From Perna viridis (lineage: Eukaryota), in assembly GCA_037379345.1 (NCBI GenBank), contig CM074514.1, positions 22,630,001 to 22,694,000 of the forward strand: a DNA stretch of 64,000 nt, in the 5' to 3' direction. The notes beneath the pieces are model-generated. The model did not search any database, had not been told where the DNA came from, and saw only the letters and a program-made list of their open reading frames with translations. Position 1 is the stretch's first letter. Each line of letters starts with the position of its first letter. This document shows positions 1 to 15,176 of the stretch, piece by piece. A program made the translations under genes and the position numbers.

Positions 1-3000
1 TTAAATACTCACTCTGTTGTTGTAACACCGAGTTTCACTCAGGTCGGACTTAAGTATTAGAGAACCATTCCACTCTGAGTGTATTGTACAATGTAAGTCA
101 CCCAGAAGTGACCCTGTGTACTTCAATACATTGGAATAGTCGTAAAATTCTACGAGGCATAACGGGGACTTCTTTGTGAGATACCATGTATATTATGTTT
201 CTGTTTCTCAGGTAATTTGGAGCAGTTAAGATAAAAAGATTGGTCATGTCATTATAAATTCGGCATCATCTATTTTTTATATTTTGTACATGTTTATCAT
301 TTGTAGATGTGTTGTTTTTTTTATTTACAGCTACGGCCAATGGGTGGGAAATATCATGTAGAAATATGACTTCGTATTTTTATCAAGTAATAATGCAATC
401 TTTTGAAATTTTAATTTTGCATTTGTAAATTGATAATTATTATTTATAAATATAAATAAAACACTTTGAAAGTATTGATTTTTGTAATTTGATCTGGGTG
501 ATGAACTTGTAAAAACAGTCTGGTGACGTTTTTAGTTCCTGATAGTTTTCATAATTGAACGACTTTTCTAGAAATAAAGAAACTAATTACAGGTCCCACA
601 ATAATTTGTACATGAGAATTTTATAGTAGAAGCCCTTAATCAGGACTGGAACATTGTCAGTAATAATTATATAAGTTACAAGACATCCAAACGAGGACGA
701 GACAGCGTCCTCAGTCAGTTGTTTTTATGCTGCTAAAATGCTTCGAGATAACTCTGAGAAAGTATGTTACAAATGCAACCTACATATATCTTTATTTCAA
801 TTATGAATTTTGTTAAACGGTTTCGAACTTCCATTGATGCCGACCGATGTTTACTCCCTTATAATAATAATCCCTTGACAAACTTCGCGCATATTTTGTT
901 GTTTATTTTTAGAAGTTTAAATGAACTCATTGTTTACAATGTCTCCAATGTGTGTCTGGTCATCACATGGACTGCAATCAATTATTATTACTCAATACAG
1001 GACAGTCATGAAGTATGTATCAATGATAAATATCTATTTTTTACGATTTTCACGTTATATTTGTCAATCTTTAATACCACATGCTAATCGTCTCAACCAC
1101 TGTTTTATTGTACTGACGCCTTGGATTAAAGCTGGACAAATCAACCAGTATCGATTTCGGCGATTGGATTAAGAATTTTCACATGTCCTTCAGACTCTTT
1201 TGTTGTGATTTTCTGGAGTCCCAAATGAATTTTGGAGATCGGTCACCTAGGAGCTTGGGTATGGATGTCCATATTGTCAGGGACGATAATCCGACTGACA
1301 CCGTGTTTCACCGACTAACACGGATTTAAACGTCCGACTTCAGTGTTAGAGAAACAAAATTCACTGAGTGTAGTGTATGATGATAGATTATTTTCATAAG
1401 TCACAGTTTTCAGACTTACAAGTATTTATTATTGCACTGGCCCCAGACCCTTCCTAAAAACAGTAGGAATATCATTTGGATCTCTGTGAAATCCGTAACA
1501 GTAAAGAAAGGTTTTGATTGATTTTTTAGATAATAACCATTACTCTTAGGAAAAGGTTTCAATGATAACAATGTTTTTCAACTTAGTATTAATTGCTGAT
1601 TTCATATGTCTAATTTAAAATTTAGACTTTTTTTGCCCCTTCAATTATGATCAGAATCTTGTCAAGCATTTAATTTAAATTACAATCAAAATAAAGAGCT
1701 GTATCAAGATATGTAATGTACATTTTTGTCCCAACTGTTTTCATATAACTGCAAAAAATTTGTGGTCCTATAAAGGCACTGTTCCCATCATTGTTTTCTA
1801 TAGACATTTGGTTTTTGTGCGTTAGTGTGATTATCATTTAGTTAATCTGTAAAACTATTTGTAACAAGTCATGAAAGGAAGGTTGCTTTTGATTTTTGGG
1901 ATTATCTTACTGTGCTCTATGAAGCACTTTATTTGCATTTATTGTCATATTCCTTCACTCATCACCCTTCTCTAGTTCTCAATTTGAAAGTCTCATACAA
2001 ACAAACAAACAAAAACAAAAACAAACAAAAATGCAAACAAAACTTTACAAGAAAATTAGCAGTGTACTAGTAGTAGGTATTTACAGTTAGGTTATGTGTC
2101 AATTGTGATGTATAAAGTACCTATATCATGACCTTGACAAAGGTAATTTTACTGGGTGGCATAGAGGAATTGTCATTTTCAGTTATCAATATTCTCTTCA
2201 ACACTGTACTTATAGATTTATTTGTATTATGTTTGGAGTTGTCTCTCATAGATAACAAATTAAATGAAATGTTCTTCATAGAGTAGATGGATACATCCAA
2301 AAATAGTAGGACAAGATACATGCATGAATACTACATTTGTATTTCTAATGATTTTGACACATCACTTTGTTTTTATCATGGTGTAGTACTTAAACTGCAC
2401 CGGTTTCTGTCACTGTAAAAATATGAAGCTGGAAGAAAAATGAAAAGCTTTATTTTTTTCTCTCAACCAAAATATTTTTTTAGTTTTTCAATTGATCAGT
2501 GAGACTGCAAAAAAATTGCAGGCGTATAATGTTATGATGTTGATGGCATTGTCGTCATTGTGAAATTTTTCGGTTTTTTTGTGCAAAAACTTCAGTTGTA
2601 GTTGACCAAAACTCCTGACATTTTGATGTATTGTTACTTGCTGCTTGAGGAAGATTGTTATGTAAAATAGGGCACTGGCCCATCCCTTTCTGCAAAAAAA
2701 GAGCAGTAATGGGAAAAATAGGTGTTCATTTAAATTTGATGTAGAAGGTAGCATTTAGTATTGTCAGTTTATGGGAAGCCAAAGTGGGGTCACGTCCTAA
2801 AATGGTAAACATTTATGTTTCTGGTCTGATGTTGAAATTTTTTTAATCAATCAGATTCCTCAAGAAATCACTTCCTGTATTTTTCAATCAGATTTCAGAT
2901 ATCTCTTATGGTTTTCGAGATATTTTGGGCAAAACAGGGCCAAGCCCCCAAAAATAGACTTTTTTTATTTATGTAATTTTTTTATTGGAATCCTTATGAA

Positions 3001-3379
3001 ATCCCCTGCCTTTACATGACGTTTTTGAAGTATGCATAACAAATATACAGTTTTTGAGGTAGTGAGGTTAAATGTGATTCTTGAAAGCACCCTGAAGAAG
3101 AACTGTGTTCTTAAATTGAATTTAAAAATATTGTGCAATATTGTATCCAAATGAGTTGTGTCCATAATGAACTGTAAGTCGTGATGTTTAAGTGTCTCAA
3201 AAACTAATATTGTGTCCACACTTGTCCCAAGTGAACAGAGTTCAACTGGCTGCAGTAATATTGTTTATTTGTATATATCTCTTAATGATTAGGTTTAGCC
3301 AAAATCTGACCTGGTAAATGTGTTCAGCATGATGAGGTCTGTGTTGAAGTTATTGTCCTTTTTGACGTTTTTTTTCTAT

Positions 3380-4520
3380 TTTTATCTCACCTGGTCTTAA
3401 TGGCCATATGAGCTTTTGTCGTCACTTGGCATCGGTCATCATTGTCATCTATCTTTAACTTTTCATTAAAATCTTCTCCTCTGAAACTACTCAGTGGATT
3501 ATTACTAAACTTGGTCAACAGCATCCTAAGGGTATCTACTCTAAAAATTGTGTCCACTATGTAGATCAAGTGTAAATACGACTGCATTGCTATTTTTAGA
3601 CCACAGGGGTCAAGTCACCAAATTCAACATATAATAATATGCAGTTGTGTATTGGTATCACACTGTTGTCATCATCATCCCTAGACACTTGGTTTTCCTG
3701 CAAAAATTTGAGCACAAGTTGGTAGATCTTTATAAAAATTTTATTACAAGGTTCCAAAACACAAAAGAAAGGTTGGTATTGAGGGTTATGGCACTTAATG
3801 TTTTAAAATTAGCGGCCAAAATGGGTGATATAACACGTAATTAACTTTACAACTCCAATAAAAACATAGGAATGTCTATGATATTGTTCCACAATACTCT
3901 ATACAGCAATTGTCAGATTTGGATTAATCGTGTGGTAAAGACTGGAGCCAGAAACATGCATTTTCTGGATGGCCAGCCAGTAACTTGAATTTTAGTGAAC
4001 TAATATCTTTGAAATTGTAGTTCAAGGTGCCATACCGTCAAGGGAAGACTGGGGTTGAATTTGGGGGCTATGGCCCCAACTGTGTTAGAATCGGGAATCT
4101 TATACCTAGTTTGATTTTGAATTTTATAGAAACGGGGTCCAGAAACATGCAATCTCCTTAAGTTCATATGATAACTTGATTAAAAGCAAAAGTATGTCAT
4201 ATAAATTTTACTACAAGATGCAATACCACAAAAGGAAGACTGATTTATTTTTAGGGATGTGACTTGAGCCAAGTAAGAATAGGAGCCACAAATGAGCCAG
4301 GAACAAGTATTTTTATTTCAGATTTCTGGTTGATAACTTGAGTGAAAGGGAATGAAGCACTTTGAAATTGTACCACAAGGTGCCATATCCCCACAAGAAG
4401 TTTGGGATTGAACTTGTAGGCTTTTACTGGAACCTATAAGGAACAAGGGCCAAAAAGTGACCTCTTCAGTTCTGGTGAAATTTTTAAAAGTCCATGTCTG
4501 CATTAAGTTACAAGGAGCCA
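3380..4520. mobile_element. Helentron/HINE-like elements with degenerate tandem units
   Basis: Begins ttttatctcacctgg..gagctttt. Repeated units of ataccacaaaaggaag.ctggg.ttgattttgggg.tatgg. Confidence 0.55.
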
Positions 4521-5944
4521 AAAGGGTTGAAAACTTCTTTTTTTTGAAAGACCATATTAATTTTTATCCAATTTTTCATCTGATTTTCTGGATTTTTTTT
4601 TTGTTGCAAATTGTTCATCTTTACTAGGGCTTACAGATTTATGCTACAAATTTACTCTATCATTCACTGTTTTTGAGATAAAGGTGTCCAAAATGGTCCA
4701 TGAAAGCACCCAGAAAACTTAAATTAAATTTCAAAATATTTTGCAATATTTGTATCCATATCTGCAGTGTTGTGTTCATATTGAACTGTAAGTCCGTATG
4801 TTTAACTATGTCAAAGACTTAATATTGTTTCCACACTTGCCTGTGTGGATAGAGTTCAACTGGCTGGGGTCATATCATGCTGTGTTTGGTGAAATTGTTT
4901 ATGGAGTTGTCATGAAGTTTGATTGACAGATGGGCATTGATCTACTATAATATGTTTTGTTTAGAAGGATAGGCATATTAAGTGGGGATTTCACATTTTT
5001 GTGCATATTGTTAACCCATGTTACCTTTTATAAGTCTTATTGTAAGTATTTTGGTTATTTGACCACTACAGTTCTGGTGTAAGTCTTTGCCTGTGTTGAA
5101 CAAAACTAAAGAGATGCATCTGGTTTAAATGTTGTGTCCATTTGTTTTCCCCAACTGTACAGGGTTCAGACTTTGGGTATCTAGATGCGCTCCATGAAGC
5201 ATTTTATTCTTATATCTAACTACATTTTAAAAGTCCTGTGACTGTTTTGATTCTGGTCATAATTCTTGTCAAACCACAATAAAAAAAGAGCTGAATCAAG
5301 TTCAAATGTTGTTTTTATATTTTTTCTATCTGTCCTGGGGTTAAGCACTGTGGTTGTATCAAGCTGCATTATCCGAAGCATTTTATTAATGTACTGTACA
5401 AGTTGATTGATGGCATTAAAGGATAATTTCCAGTGCTGTGACGGAAACCAATGCTGTGTCAATTATTTTCAAGTCAGAAATAGCAGATTTATTTTGCTTG
5501 ATTGTATAGTTCATAAATTCCATTACAGTTTTGAGTTAGACATTCGCCCTTGCTCCAACATATCTAGTTAGGTAAAATTTTAATAGGTTATAAGTAATTA
5601 TTACTCAGGTAATAAATACTGGAGTAACCAACTGTACTAAATAACATTTTATGGTTGAAAAAATCATTACATTACATTGCCAGTTAGATCATCAATCTTC
5701 AGAATTTCTGGTTAGGCTTAAAGTAAAAAATTCTGTGTTTCTTGTTACCAAATCATTTAAAACTTTAAACCTATTTTGTACCCCTACTTAACTAGTTGGT
5801 TGTACATTTAGATCACTTTGTCCACCCATCATTCCATCTGTCAGAGTTTCGTCATAATTATTTTGGTTTCCAATCCAGGATGAATCAGTTTCTAATTTGA
5901 TGTGTTGTTGTACAACCACAAGAAATTTCCAGTTGTATAATGGT

Positions 5945-6775
5945 ATGGGGCTGTCATTATTAGATGGTTGATCGTTATAAAATTTCATAACAAAGGTCCA
6001 TACCACAAAAGGAAAGCTGGATTTAATTTTTGGGGTTATGGCCCATACTGTTTTAGAATTAGAGGCCAAAAACAAGAATTTCGTAGAATTTAACTAGATA
6101 ACTCCAGTAAAAGCTTAATGTTTGTGATGTTGTTCCACAATATTTTATACCACAGTTGTTAGGCTGGTATTGATTTTGGGGTAATGACTTTAAAATTTTA
6201 GAAATTGGGAGCCAGAAACATGCTTTTTTTCTGATGTCCAGACGATAAATTAATGAATTTTAGTGCATGGATTGCTTTGATATTGTATAACAAGGTGCTA
6301 TACCATGGAAGGAGGGCTGGGATTGATTTTGGGGGTTAAGACTAACTTTTTTTGGAATCGGCCAGAAACAAGCCTTTTTCTTATGTTTGGACAATAACTT
6401 GAGTAAAAATGAATGGATCTGATATAAATTTTACTACAAGATGTCATATCACAAATTAAAGACTGGGGTGGATTTTTTGGGTTGTGACTTGAGTCAAGTA
6501 GGAATAAAGGGCCAGAAACAAAGGTTTTTTTTCCCCTGATTTCTGGGTAATAATTTGAGTAAAAGGGAAGGAAAGGCTTTGAAATTGTACCATAAGTGCC
6601 ATACCACCAAAAGAAGGAAAGATTTGATTTTAGAGGTTTCGACTTCAACCATTTAGGAATAATGAGCTAAAAAGTTTTAATCAAAATTCAAAGCTGTATC
6701 AACTTTGAATGGTGTGTTCATACTTGGCCCAACTGATCAGGGGCAACCTTTGTGGTCTTATTAAGGCATTTTATA
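5945..6775. mobile_element. Same family: degenerate ~120-bp units plus terminal module
   Basis: Repeated ataccac..aggaag.ctgg..ttgattttggggg units, ending aattcaaagctgtatcaa...cccaactg..caggg...gcattttat. Confidence 0.6.
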
Positions 6776-9032
6776 TAATATAGTTAATCGATTTTAGGTG
6801 CTGTTCAGTATCAACTTACTGTATGAGTTGCGTATACCTAGCACAAGAATTTTTTTTTGTTGACCCTAGATTCCGTCATTGCTTCCAAAATTAAAAACTA
6901 AAATTTTTTTATGGTGCTTTCTTTGTTGTCATTTCAATAGACACGTGTTTTTCCTTCAATATCAGTGAATATTAGTCCATAGATCTAAACTATAATTTTC
7001 AGTAAGGTTGATTCCATAAAAAGAATGTAGCAGCTGTTCTGTTGTTAATGGTCACAACTAGTGGTGTACCAATGATTGATAAAAGTCTCAAATCTGTTGG
7101 TTGACCATCTAGATGTGATTAATCGATTGAGATATTCATAATTGATTATAATTGGATGTATACAGCAAAGTCACTGGTCATCCTTAAATCAATCTTTTTA
7201 CACACAGTATATATTTTCTTTAATAATCCCAACATGTAGAAAAACTTAAAGACTATACCTTAAGATATTTTTCATAATTTTCACTCTCATGACATTACCT
7301 TTACAAACATATAACTACAAGCTAGACACAATATGTTCTATCTGTCTTCAATATAATGTACATAAAGTAGTACATAGTGACCTATATTAGTGAGTGAACT
7401 ATGTTAAATGGACCCAATACAACCTACAATACATCCACAAAAATTATATAAAAATTCAACAGAATGCTTAGTGTCAGACGGTCAGTACAATTGAAAGTCC
7501 CATACTGGTGAGAGTTTGATAAGTCAAATGCCCATTTTAGGAAAAGAAGTTGTCAATTACTTTAACCATACTTACTTTATGTGAAACTCATCATTAGGAC
7601 CATTTATTGTGTCTCAATATCTGTTATTATCTGAATAAAGTCAAGGAAACTATTAATTATTCCAAGAGCAATAATTTTGGCAAGGAACACTATAAATTCA
7701 TAACTCGTCATGATAACCTCAGAAAAGAAAACCAAAAAGTAATATCTTGAAATAGTCAAATATTTCAACAAATGTGTTTACAACTGACTTGACAGAAAGG
7801 TTAATAAAGAGAATACAAACCTTAAGTCTATTCACTTATTACTTGGCTTGTTATATAAGAGACTTCAATTCAATTTACAAGCAGTGATCTCCTACTTAGA
7901 TTTTAATAATAATAAATAATATTCAAATTTAAAAGTACTTTTATTTGTGAAATTGTAAACTTGAAATGCTAAATTTTGGTTCCTTTTTAGTACAGGTAAT
8001 ATATAAATAGTAAACCGATTTTAATTGATAATTGGTTGGTTGACCTTAACTGATTATGATCAACAATCGGTTGGCATTTTCAACAAATTACACAACAATA
8101 TAGGAATTGGGGCCATGAAAAGCAGTTTTCATGTTTTTGGACATCAACTTGTGAAAAAGTGTATTGATTTCAATGAAATTCTACTACAAGAATCTAAATC
8201 ATGAAATGTTTTGATTGATGTATCAGAGTTTTGGCCCTGACATGATGTAGGAATAAGGGGTTAAAACAAGACAAAAATCAGCATTAATCGTTTATTTTTA
8301 ATTTCAATCAGGTCAGAAATTATGGTGTGCTAAAAATTCAATCACGCTCCTCATTTAGAGCTGTATCAAATTGGAATGTTGTGTATAGAATTGCACTAAC
8401 TGTTCTTGGCTCAACCTCTATGGTCATACCAACTTGCATCCAGTAAAGCATTTTATTAAGGTCATATGTAACAAAATATTATCTGTGGTATTCACACACT
8501 GTCATACAGCAGCATCTTTTTATCCAAGTATATCAGGATGTCTTAGTTTAATGTATTCCTCTGTATATTCCTTTACACAGAAACACACATTTCACTTCCT
8601 ATCTAGTTTGAAATCTAGAGATAATTTGACATTAATGATCTGATAATTCACATAAACAATTTGTTTTTGAAATGTGTATTTTTTTTTCTTTATTTATATT
8701 TTAGATCTAAAAATAGGCATAACTCATTAGAATAAGGTTCATCAGTCCTTTTCCACTCTTTATAATCAGTATGATGTAAATTATTATGAAAAAAACAGAA
8801 AAAGTAAAGAGAATGTTAAATACAAGTTGGTAAGATATCAACATTGATAAATCCTTCCTAGCTTGAGCATGCAGTAAGGAATTAATGTGTAGCTATTTAT
8901 ATAGTGATGAGTGCTCACTCTATCTTATCTCCCAGTCATGATGGGGGTTTGAGGAAAGAAAAAAACATGGAAGTGATATAAGTTCCTCCATTTATTTTGG
9001 ATTAACGGGGTAATGATTACAAAACCCTTACG

Positions 9033-9045
9033 ATGGAAATGATAG
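9033..9045 (+). CDS. Candidate MRTF alternative first coding segment (MEMI-) at the end of a putative exon 8705-9045
   Basis: Long pyrimidine tract plus AG at 8704. Perfect AG|GTAAGT donor at 9046. ATG GAA ATG ATA G| is phase 1, compatible with exon A. Confidence 0.35.
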
Positions 9046-11070
9046 GTAAGTTAATTACTATATGCAGGTGCTTGTTTCCTATAATCTTTTAATCTTTTCT
9101 GTTTATTATAGGAATAATGTCTGTTTCATGATGTTGCAAAAAGTTAAGAACAGTATAGATTTTCTTTTAGAATAACAGTCTTTTGTTAGTAAAGAACTTC
9201 AGATCTGTTCTTAAAGGCTTGTATTTTTTTAATGCTTGTTTTTAGTTATTCAAACACATACTTTTGGTACAAAACTCTACTGTTTGGACTTTAATCTTTC
9301 GATAATTGTCTTTCAAAGATGGAAGGATAACATATTTCTCTTAATTTAAATGTTCAAAAACTTAAAACCTTTTTACATGTACTAGATGAAAATGGATGGA
9401 AAGAAATTTGAAGGGTTGTACTCAACTGTACCTTCAGGTATCTAGAATTTTGTTTAGGGTTCTACTCACTATGTACTTAGGTAGATGTTCCTGAAAGGTT
9501 GTTCTCACCTGTACCTATTGAAATGTAATTATAAAAAAAATCTGTTGTCTGACATCTGCTTTTTTATGTGACTTCAGAAGTCACTTTCTCACAGAGCTTT
9601 TTAAATATTGCATCATGTCTTTAATCAGTTTTATAATATTATGAAAAAACAAATTGGAAGGGAATAATCTTTTTCGAAGGAATGCATACTGCTGAAAACA
9701 AATCTGAAGGTGTTGCCTGCAAAGAGTCACTTCTGCTCTAAGGTTTCTTTCATCATTTGAATCCATTGCACCAGTCTTTATTGAGCAACCTGTCATTGAC
9801 ATAAGAGTATATACAGCTTAAGGGTGCAGTTTTTCTATACTCATAGAAATTCCAACCTCAGAACCTAGGCTATCTAGAACAGTTGTGACTGAATGAGCAA
9901 TATTGGCCAAGTCACGATTTCTTACATAATTACTGTTTACACAGGTATCTTGATAGAAAATTACATTGTTATTTTATTGTTATTTTCAGAAATAGCTGCA
10001 GCAGTTTCTTTGCCTCAAGTTAGTGTTGGTAAGTCTTGGCTGTATATACTTCTGTGTGATCTAAAATCACCTCTCTAGGGGAAAACATGTAAACTCTAAA
10101 CGGTTAAAAATATTTAGTCTTTCTGAGTCTTTTCTTCAAATTTTATTTGAATCTTGTTTACTTAAGAGACCATATGTCTTTGAATTGACCTTTAACCCTT
10201 AGTCTGAATTCTTAAGAACTCTATGGACTGCTTGCTCACTTCTTTTAGTAATGGATTTGAGTTTAAGTCTTGACATGATGTGAAAAAAATTCTACAGTTG
10301 AGGAGGATTATATATTTTAAATATCCTTCTGGGTTTATAAGTCATTTTAGATTCTTCTCTTCTAGAATTAATTGGGAAGAAATGTAGGACTTGTAATACT
10401 GGTTCCATTGCTTATGTTATCAATATAAATGTCCAACTATCAAAATTGACTGAAACAAGTGATCTTGAAATGATGGACTCCAACATTCCTTTCATGGTTT
10501 TTTTCCATCAAGAGAGCTTGTGTTTAAAATTATGAATATCTATGTTGTATAAGATTTGATTAGCACATGTGTTTTTCATGCAGTGACAGTGTAAATTCCA
10601 TTTACATATTGTAAACAAACATGGATGCCATTTCCTTGACAAATTAGAGTCAATTAAAGGCATGAAGTGGTATTATCTGCTTATTCATTCATTTTCAAAA
10701 CAACTATTTTGAAAGAGTATGCTTATCAGTTACACTTTTTTCTTTGGATTTTTTTTGTGAGCGAATGGTCCAATTCTACAATTTAACACATTGATAAATT
10801 TCGAAAAAAAAGCATTGTTTTATCCTATAATGAGTTATGTATAGGTTTAATCAAAACATTTTACATTAACATGTATATGGATGACAGTGTTTTATCAAAC
10901 ATTGCCACTATAATAAATTTTGATAATTCACACTGTGAAATAAATTCGGTAATTTCACTCTCAGACTTTCTCCGACCAAAACGTCACAACTTTGATATTA
11001 ATCCGCCGTTTACAAAATTTGAAATTTATGTTGAAAGTAGCAACGAATAATGGAGAATATCTATATAATA

Positions 11071-11245
11071 AATAGGATAAGTAATTGGTTATGGTGAATA
11101 ACCAAAATATGATCACTCATGCCAAGAATGCATTTAGATTTAACTAGTGCATGGAACAAGTTCCGCACACTCGTTGGATCTAGGCGCTCTTCGGCACTCG
11201 TGATTATATTTTTGTTATTCACTCCTTCCAATTAATTATACTATT
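11071..11245. repeat. Long imperfect palindrome (fold-back element end)
   Basis: The left arm aataggataagtaattgg...taactagtg aligns to the reverse complement of cactcgttgg...attatactatt over about 80 bp. Confidence 0.8.
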
Positions 11246-11593
11246 TCTCTCTTCCTGTTGAAGTGTTTTGGTAATTAATTAATTAATAGCCAATATACTG
11301 ATTAATGTACAATGGTTTCAGTATAAAACAATGGTACCCGGTAATCTTAGAATTGATCCAATTTTCCTTTGATTGTTTTACCTTGTTTTTCCTGCACAAA
11401 GTTAATAACTTTTTTATATTTAGTTACTTGTATAAGTGAATTACAGACAAGATAAATAATAATTTACAAATCATCATAATTTTTGTTTTGTTTTTTCTGT
11501 ATGATAGTTCTACTTTCATTATGAATTTTAACAAACTGATCAGATCCAAAGGTTAGTAAATGATATGTCTGGCTCCTGAAGCCAAATTATCTT

Positions 11594-11772
11594 TACAGGG
11601 AAACCTTTCTACAGAACTCCTTTGGGATTGCAGGATTTATTTGATTTAGGAAGGTGTTCAATTTGTAAAGGTTCATTTTGCTTTGCAATTGATATAAAGG
11701 GATCTCAGTAGGAATCTGGTTCAGACAGGTTCCCAGTTCATTCAAGGTTCTGTTTAGACAGGTCTTACTGTA
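11594..11772. mobile_element. Decayed Tc1/pogo-type MITE
   Basis: tacagggaaacct ... tttagacaggtcttactgta termini. Confidence 0.5.
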
Positions 11773-12659
11773 CTTTGAATTTTCCAGAAATCAGTTATCA
11801 TATTCAGTTTAAATTGTTTATTTCTCCCATAGTATCAGGCCATTGTAAAAAAAAATATCAGTATTTTTTTCATCATGGAGTAACTTAGGATATCAGACTT
11901 CTGATGGAGATAAGACTATGAAAGCTCTTCTTGCTTTGTCAAAATTAAAAAAAAAAGATATATAACTCTTGAACTAACTTAATACAGATAGAAATTACTA
12001 CTTTGTAAAATATTTTTTATCCTCTCTGTCAATTTTTAATTGTAAAGCAGTCTTAAAAACCATCTTTGGTTCTGGAATACATCAATGTGTGATACATGTA
12101 GTTCCACCTAGAACAGTACTATGAAGTGTATTATCAGTATACATTTAGTAGATTGGTATTTTACTACTTTACGGAAATGGATGGTTAAGTATCAGACATG
12201 AAACCATGCTGTCCTCACAGTGCATTATCTAATTAGTTAATCTAGTAATGGCTACCAGTCTAATTAAATCTGAAATGAAAATATTCATGTAATGTGGATA
12301 CAAGGCCATCACCATTTACTGTCTATACAAATTAACAGCTTGTCTAATGAATGATAGCAGCACTGGTCATAACTTATGTCAGCCATATTGTCAGGTACAT
12401 ATTATTGCATTGGATACTGATTTGAGTCTATTACCTGTCCAGAAATATATTTTGTTCTGTCTTTGTGAACAAGTTTGGCTTATGTGTCCTTTACTTGACG
12501 TTTCATACTTGCTTGGCAACCAATATTTATGATACAGAAAGTATTGTCTCTCCAATTTTTATTGGTGAATAAAGTATCTTAATTGGTAAAAATTTAGTGA
12601 ACTCGGTATTACACTGTACTAGAATTGTTTAAGAAACATGAAGACTGACTTGTGTTATG

Positions 12660-13120
12660 CCATAAACATGCATTTTCTAGAATGGAAGGATCTCTTTGAA
12701 ATTATACCGCAAGGTGCTTTATCATCAAAGGAAGGCTTAGATTGATTTTTTTGAGGTGGTCACCAGTTAGGAATTAAGGGTCATAAAGGGACCGGAAACA
12801 AGCATTGTCTAGATGTCTGGATGATAACTTCAATAAAGCTAAAAAGGAATGCATCTCTTTAAAATTGCAACACCAAGTGCCATACGTCTAAAGAAAGGCT
12901 GGGGCTTATTTTGGATGCTGTTATTTTAACCATTTAGGAATTAAGGCCCAAAAGGGGCCTCATCTATCCTGGTCTAGTTGTTATCCTGTGTCAAATGTCT
13001 TCTCACAATCAAAATTCAAAGCTGTATAAAGTTTGAGTGGTGTGTTCACATATGCCCCAACTGTTCAGGGATCCTTCTGCAGATGTATCAGGCAATGTCT
13101 TGGGAAGCATTTTATTTTAG
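12660..13120. mobile_element. Same family copy
   Basis: Two to three units plus the terminal module at 13010-13118. Confidence 0.6.
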
Positions 13121-14964
13121 CAGAATCTTTCTGCTGTGTGTATGGAAATAAGTGACATAATAGAAGAAACATTAAGAGTAAAATTTATAAAACAAAATTT
13201 GATGTTAAGATAATTGTTTTTGACACACATTTTTCTTTGTATAAAACTAGCTGCTTGAAAAAAATTCTTTGCCTACAATGAAATGTCAAGACATAATCTT
13301 CAATACTCAGTACATTAATGATGCCAAATACTTTCCATTTTAATTGATTTCAACATTGTACTTGTAGTCTGTTCTAAACATATTGATCTGGACGATAATG
13401 TTTGAAAAGTGTGGAAAATATACTGAAGCATTTATATTACAACACATATCTCAATAAAAGTGTCTCAGCATTACAGAATCTAATTTGTTAATCTATTAAA
13501 ATAACAAGTAAGAAGATAAGACTGTCTGTAGATATGGAAGAGGCACACTTTTGACCAATTAAATTAATTGTTAGAACAACACAAAATATATCTTAAATGT
13601 CAAAACAATTTTACCTGATTGTGTACTAGATTACTGTGTATATAACTGTGGAGATAATATGATGAGGATTGGATTTACCATGTACATAACTCTGAAGTGT
13701 AGTAGGGGACTACTGTACATTGGGATTACATTATGATGCTGTAGTACTTAGGTGTACAAATTTTGTAAGGAGCTAATGTACACATTGAAAAGCAGATTTT
13801 TAGTTCAATTTTATTTATTTATGTGGATAAGAACTTATTCTAACAAAAATTAACCATCATTTTGTTGGCATTTTATTAAATTGGTAAAATCATTAAACAA
13901 TAGCCCCTTTTAAAATTAGTTCGTAATAAAAACAAAAAAATTAAACAAATATCTGCAATATTATAACCCTACAAAAACTGTTTCTTCAGTTATTGTAGAA
14001 ATTTAGTAGGGGCTACTATGCATAGCTGTGAAGACAGTATTTTTTTGCTTATATATATCTGTAGATTGAGTATTGAGTTGCTGATGACTGTACATAGCTG
14101 TGAAGATCAGTTAGAGTCTTTAAACTAAGGCATCAATAGAAAATTATTATTACATAATAAAATGTAGCAAATAGTATATGTTATAAACAATACATGTGTA
14201 GCTTTTGTACCACAAGTTTACTTTTTGCTCAGTTTTTTTTTTAATGCAGTCGGAAATGTACTCTTAGTTTATGTAAAAATGATTTGTTGCAATGTGCTTT
14301 TTAGAGGTTAACGATCTCTCTTACCTGCTCTAGAGGATCAAGAGTATGATATTGATAGATGAATGCTATAAAGCATAGTTCTGTGGACAATGACCTGGCA
14401 CCTTTTACCCTTGTTTCTCATAATATAGCAATAACTCGAAGATGTTATACTATTGCCATCTGAAAACATTGGTTTGTTATTGCAAAAGCAGTGTTATATA
14501 TAATATTGTCTGCATTACAATCATTGCATTATGATGCTGTAGTTCGAAAATAAAATTATTTTTTTGTTGATATTTGAGAATTCCTGCAGATTTTACAGTA
14601 GGTGAAGGAATAGGTAAATTAGGAGAACATTCATATTGTTGCTTTTTGTTAGACCCTTTAATATCCTTACTTTCAAATTACACCCACTTAGTTTCACAGT
14701 AAATGCAATACTTCTTAATTTATTTTAGTGTCATGTCCTTGATTTCTATCATGATGTATGAATAAATAGGGAAATTTTGTTTTCATTGTTTTCAATGATT
14801 CACTCAATGTCACCCGATTATTTTGTTTTGTAAGAAAGTGTCCATTTTCTTAACAAGTTTTCTATGACAAGTTCTGGTAGTTTTTACTGAACTTGGGTCT
14901 GTATGATTATTTCATTTGGAAACAGTTTTAAGTAAGAACAAAACAAGATCCCAGAAGAAAGTGT

Positions 14965-15176
14965 AAGAGTAATCAAGGGAACCAAGGTTATAGCGGTTAT
15001 CAAAAGAATGTAATCCAGGGACAAAGACCCGACATGGAAAACAGACATACACAACAAAGAACATACAGTAACTAAAATCATACATACAAAGTAACAAAAG
15101 CAAATGAGCAACTCGGACGCCACTAAAAACTGGGAGCATGGACCAGATGCACCGGTAGGGTAAGCGTCTTCTGCTT
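14965..15176 (-). repeat. Dispersed repeat, inverted copy of the 17970-18185 tail
   Basis: The reverse complement aligns nearly base for base with the 18-kb copy. Confidence 0.9.
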
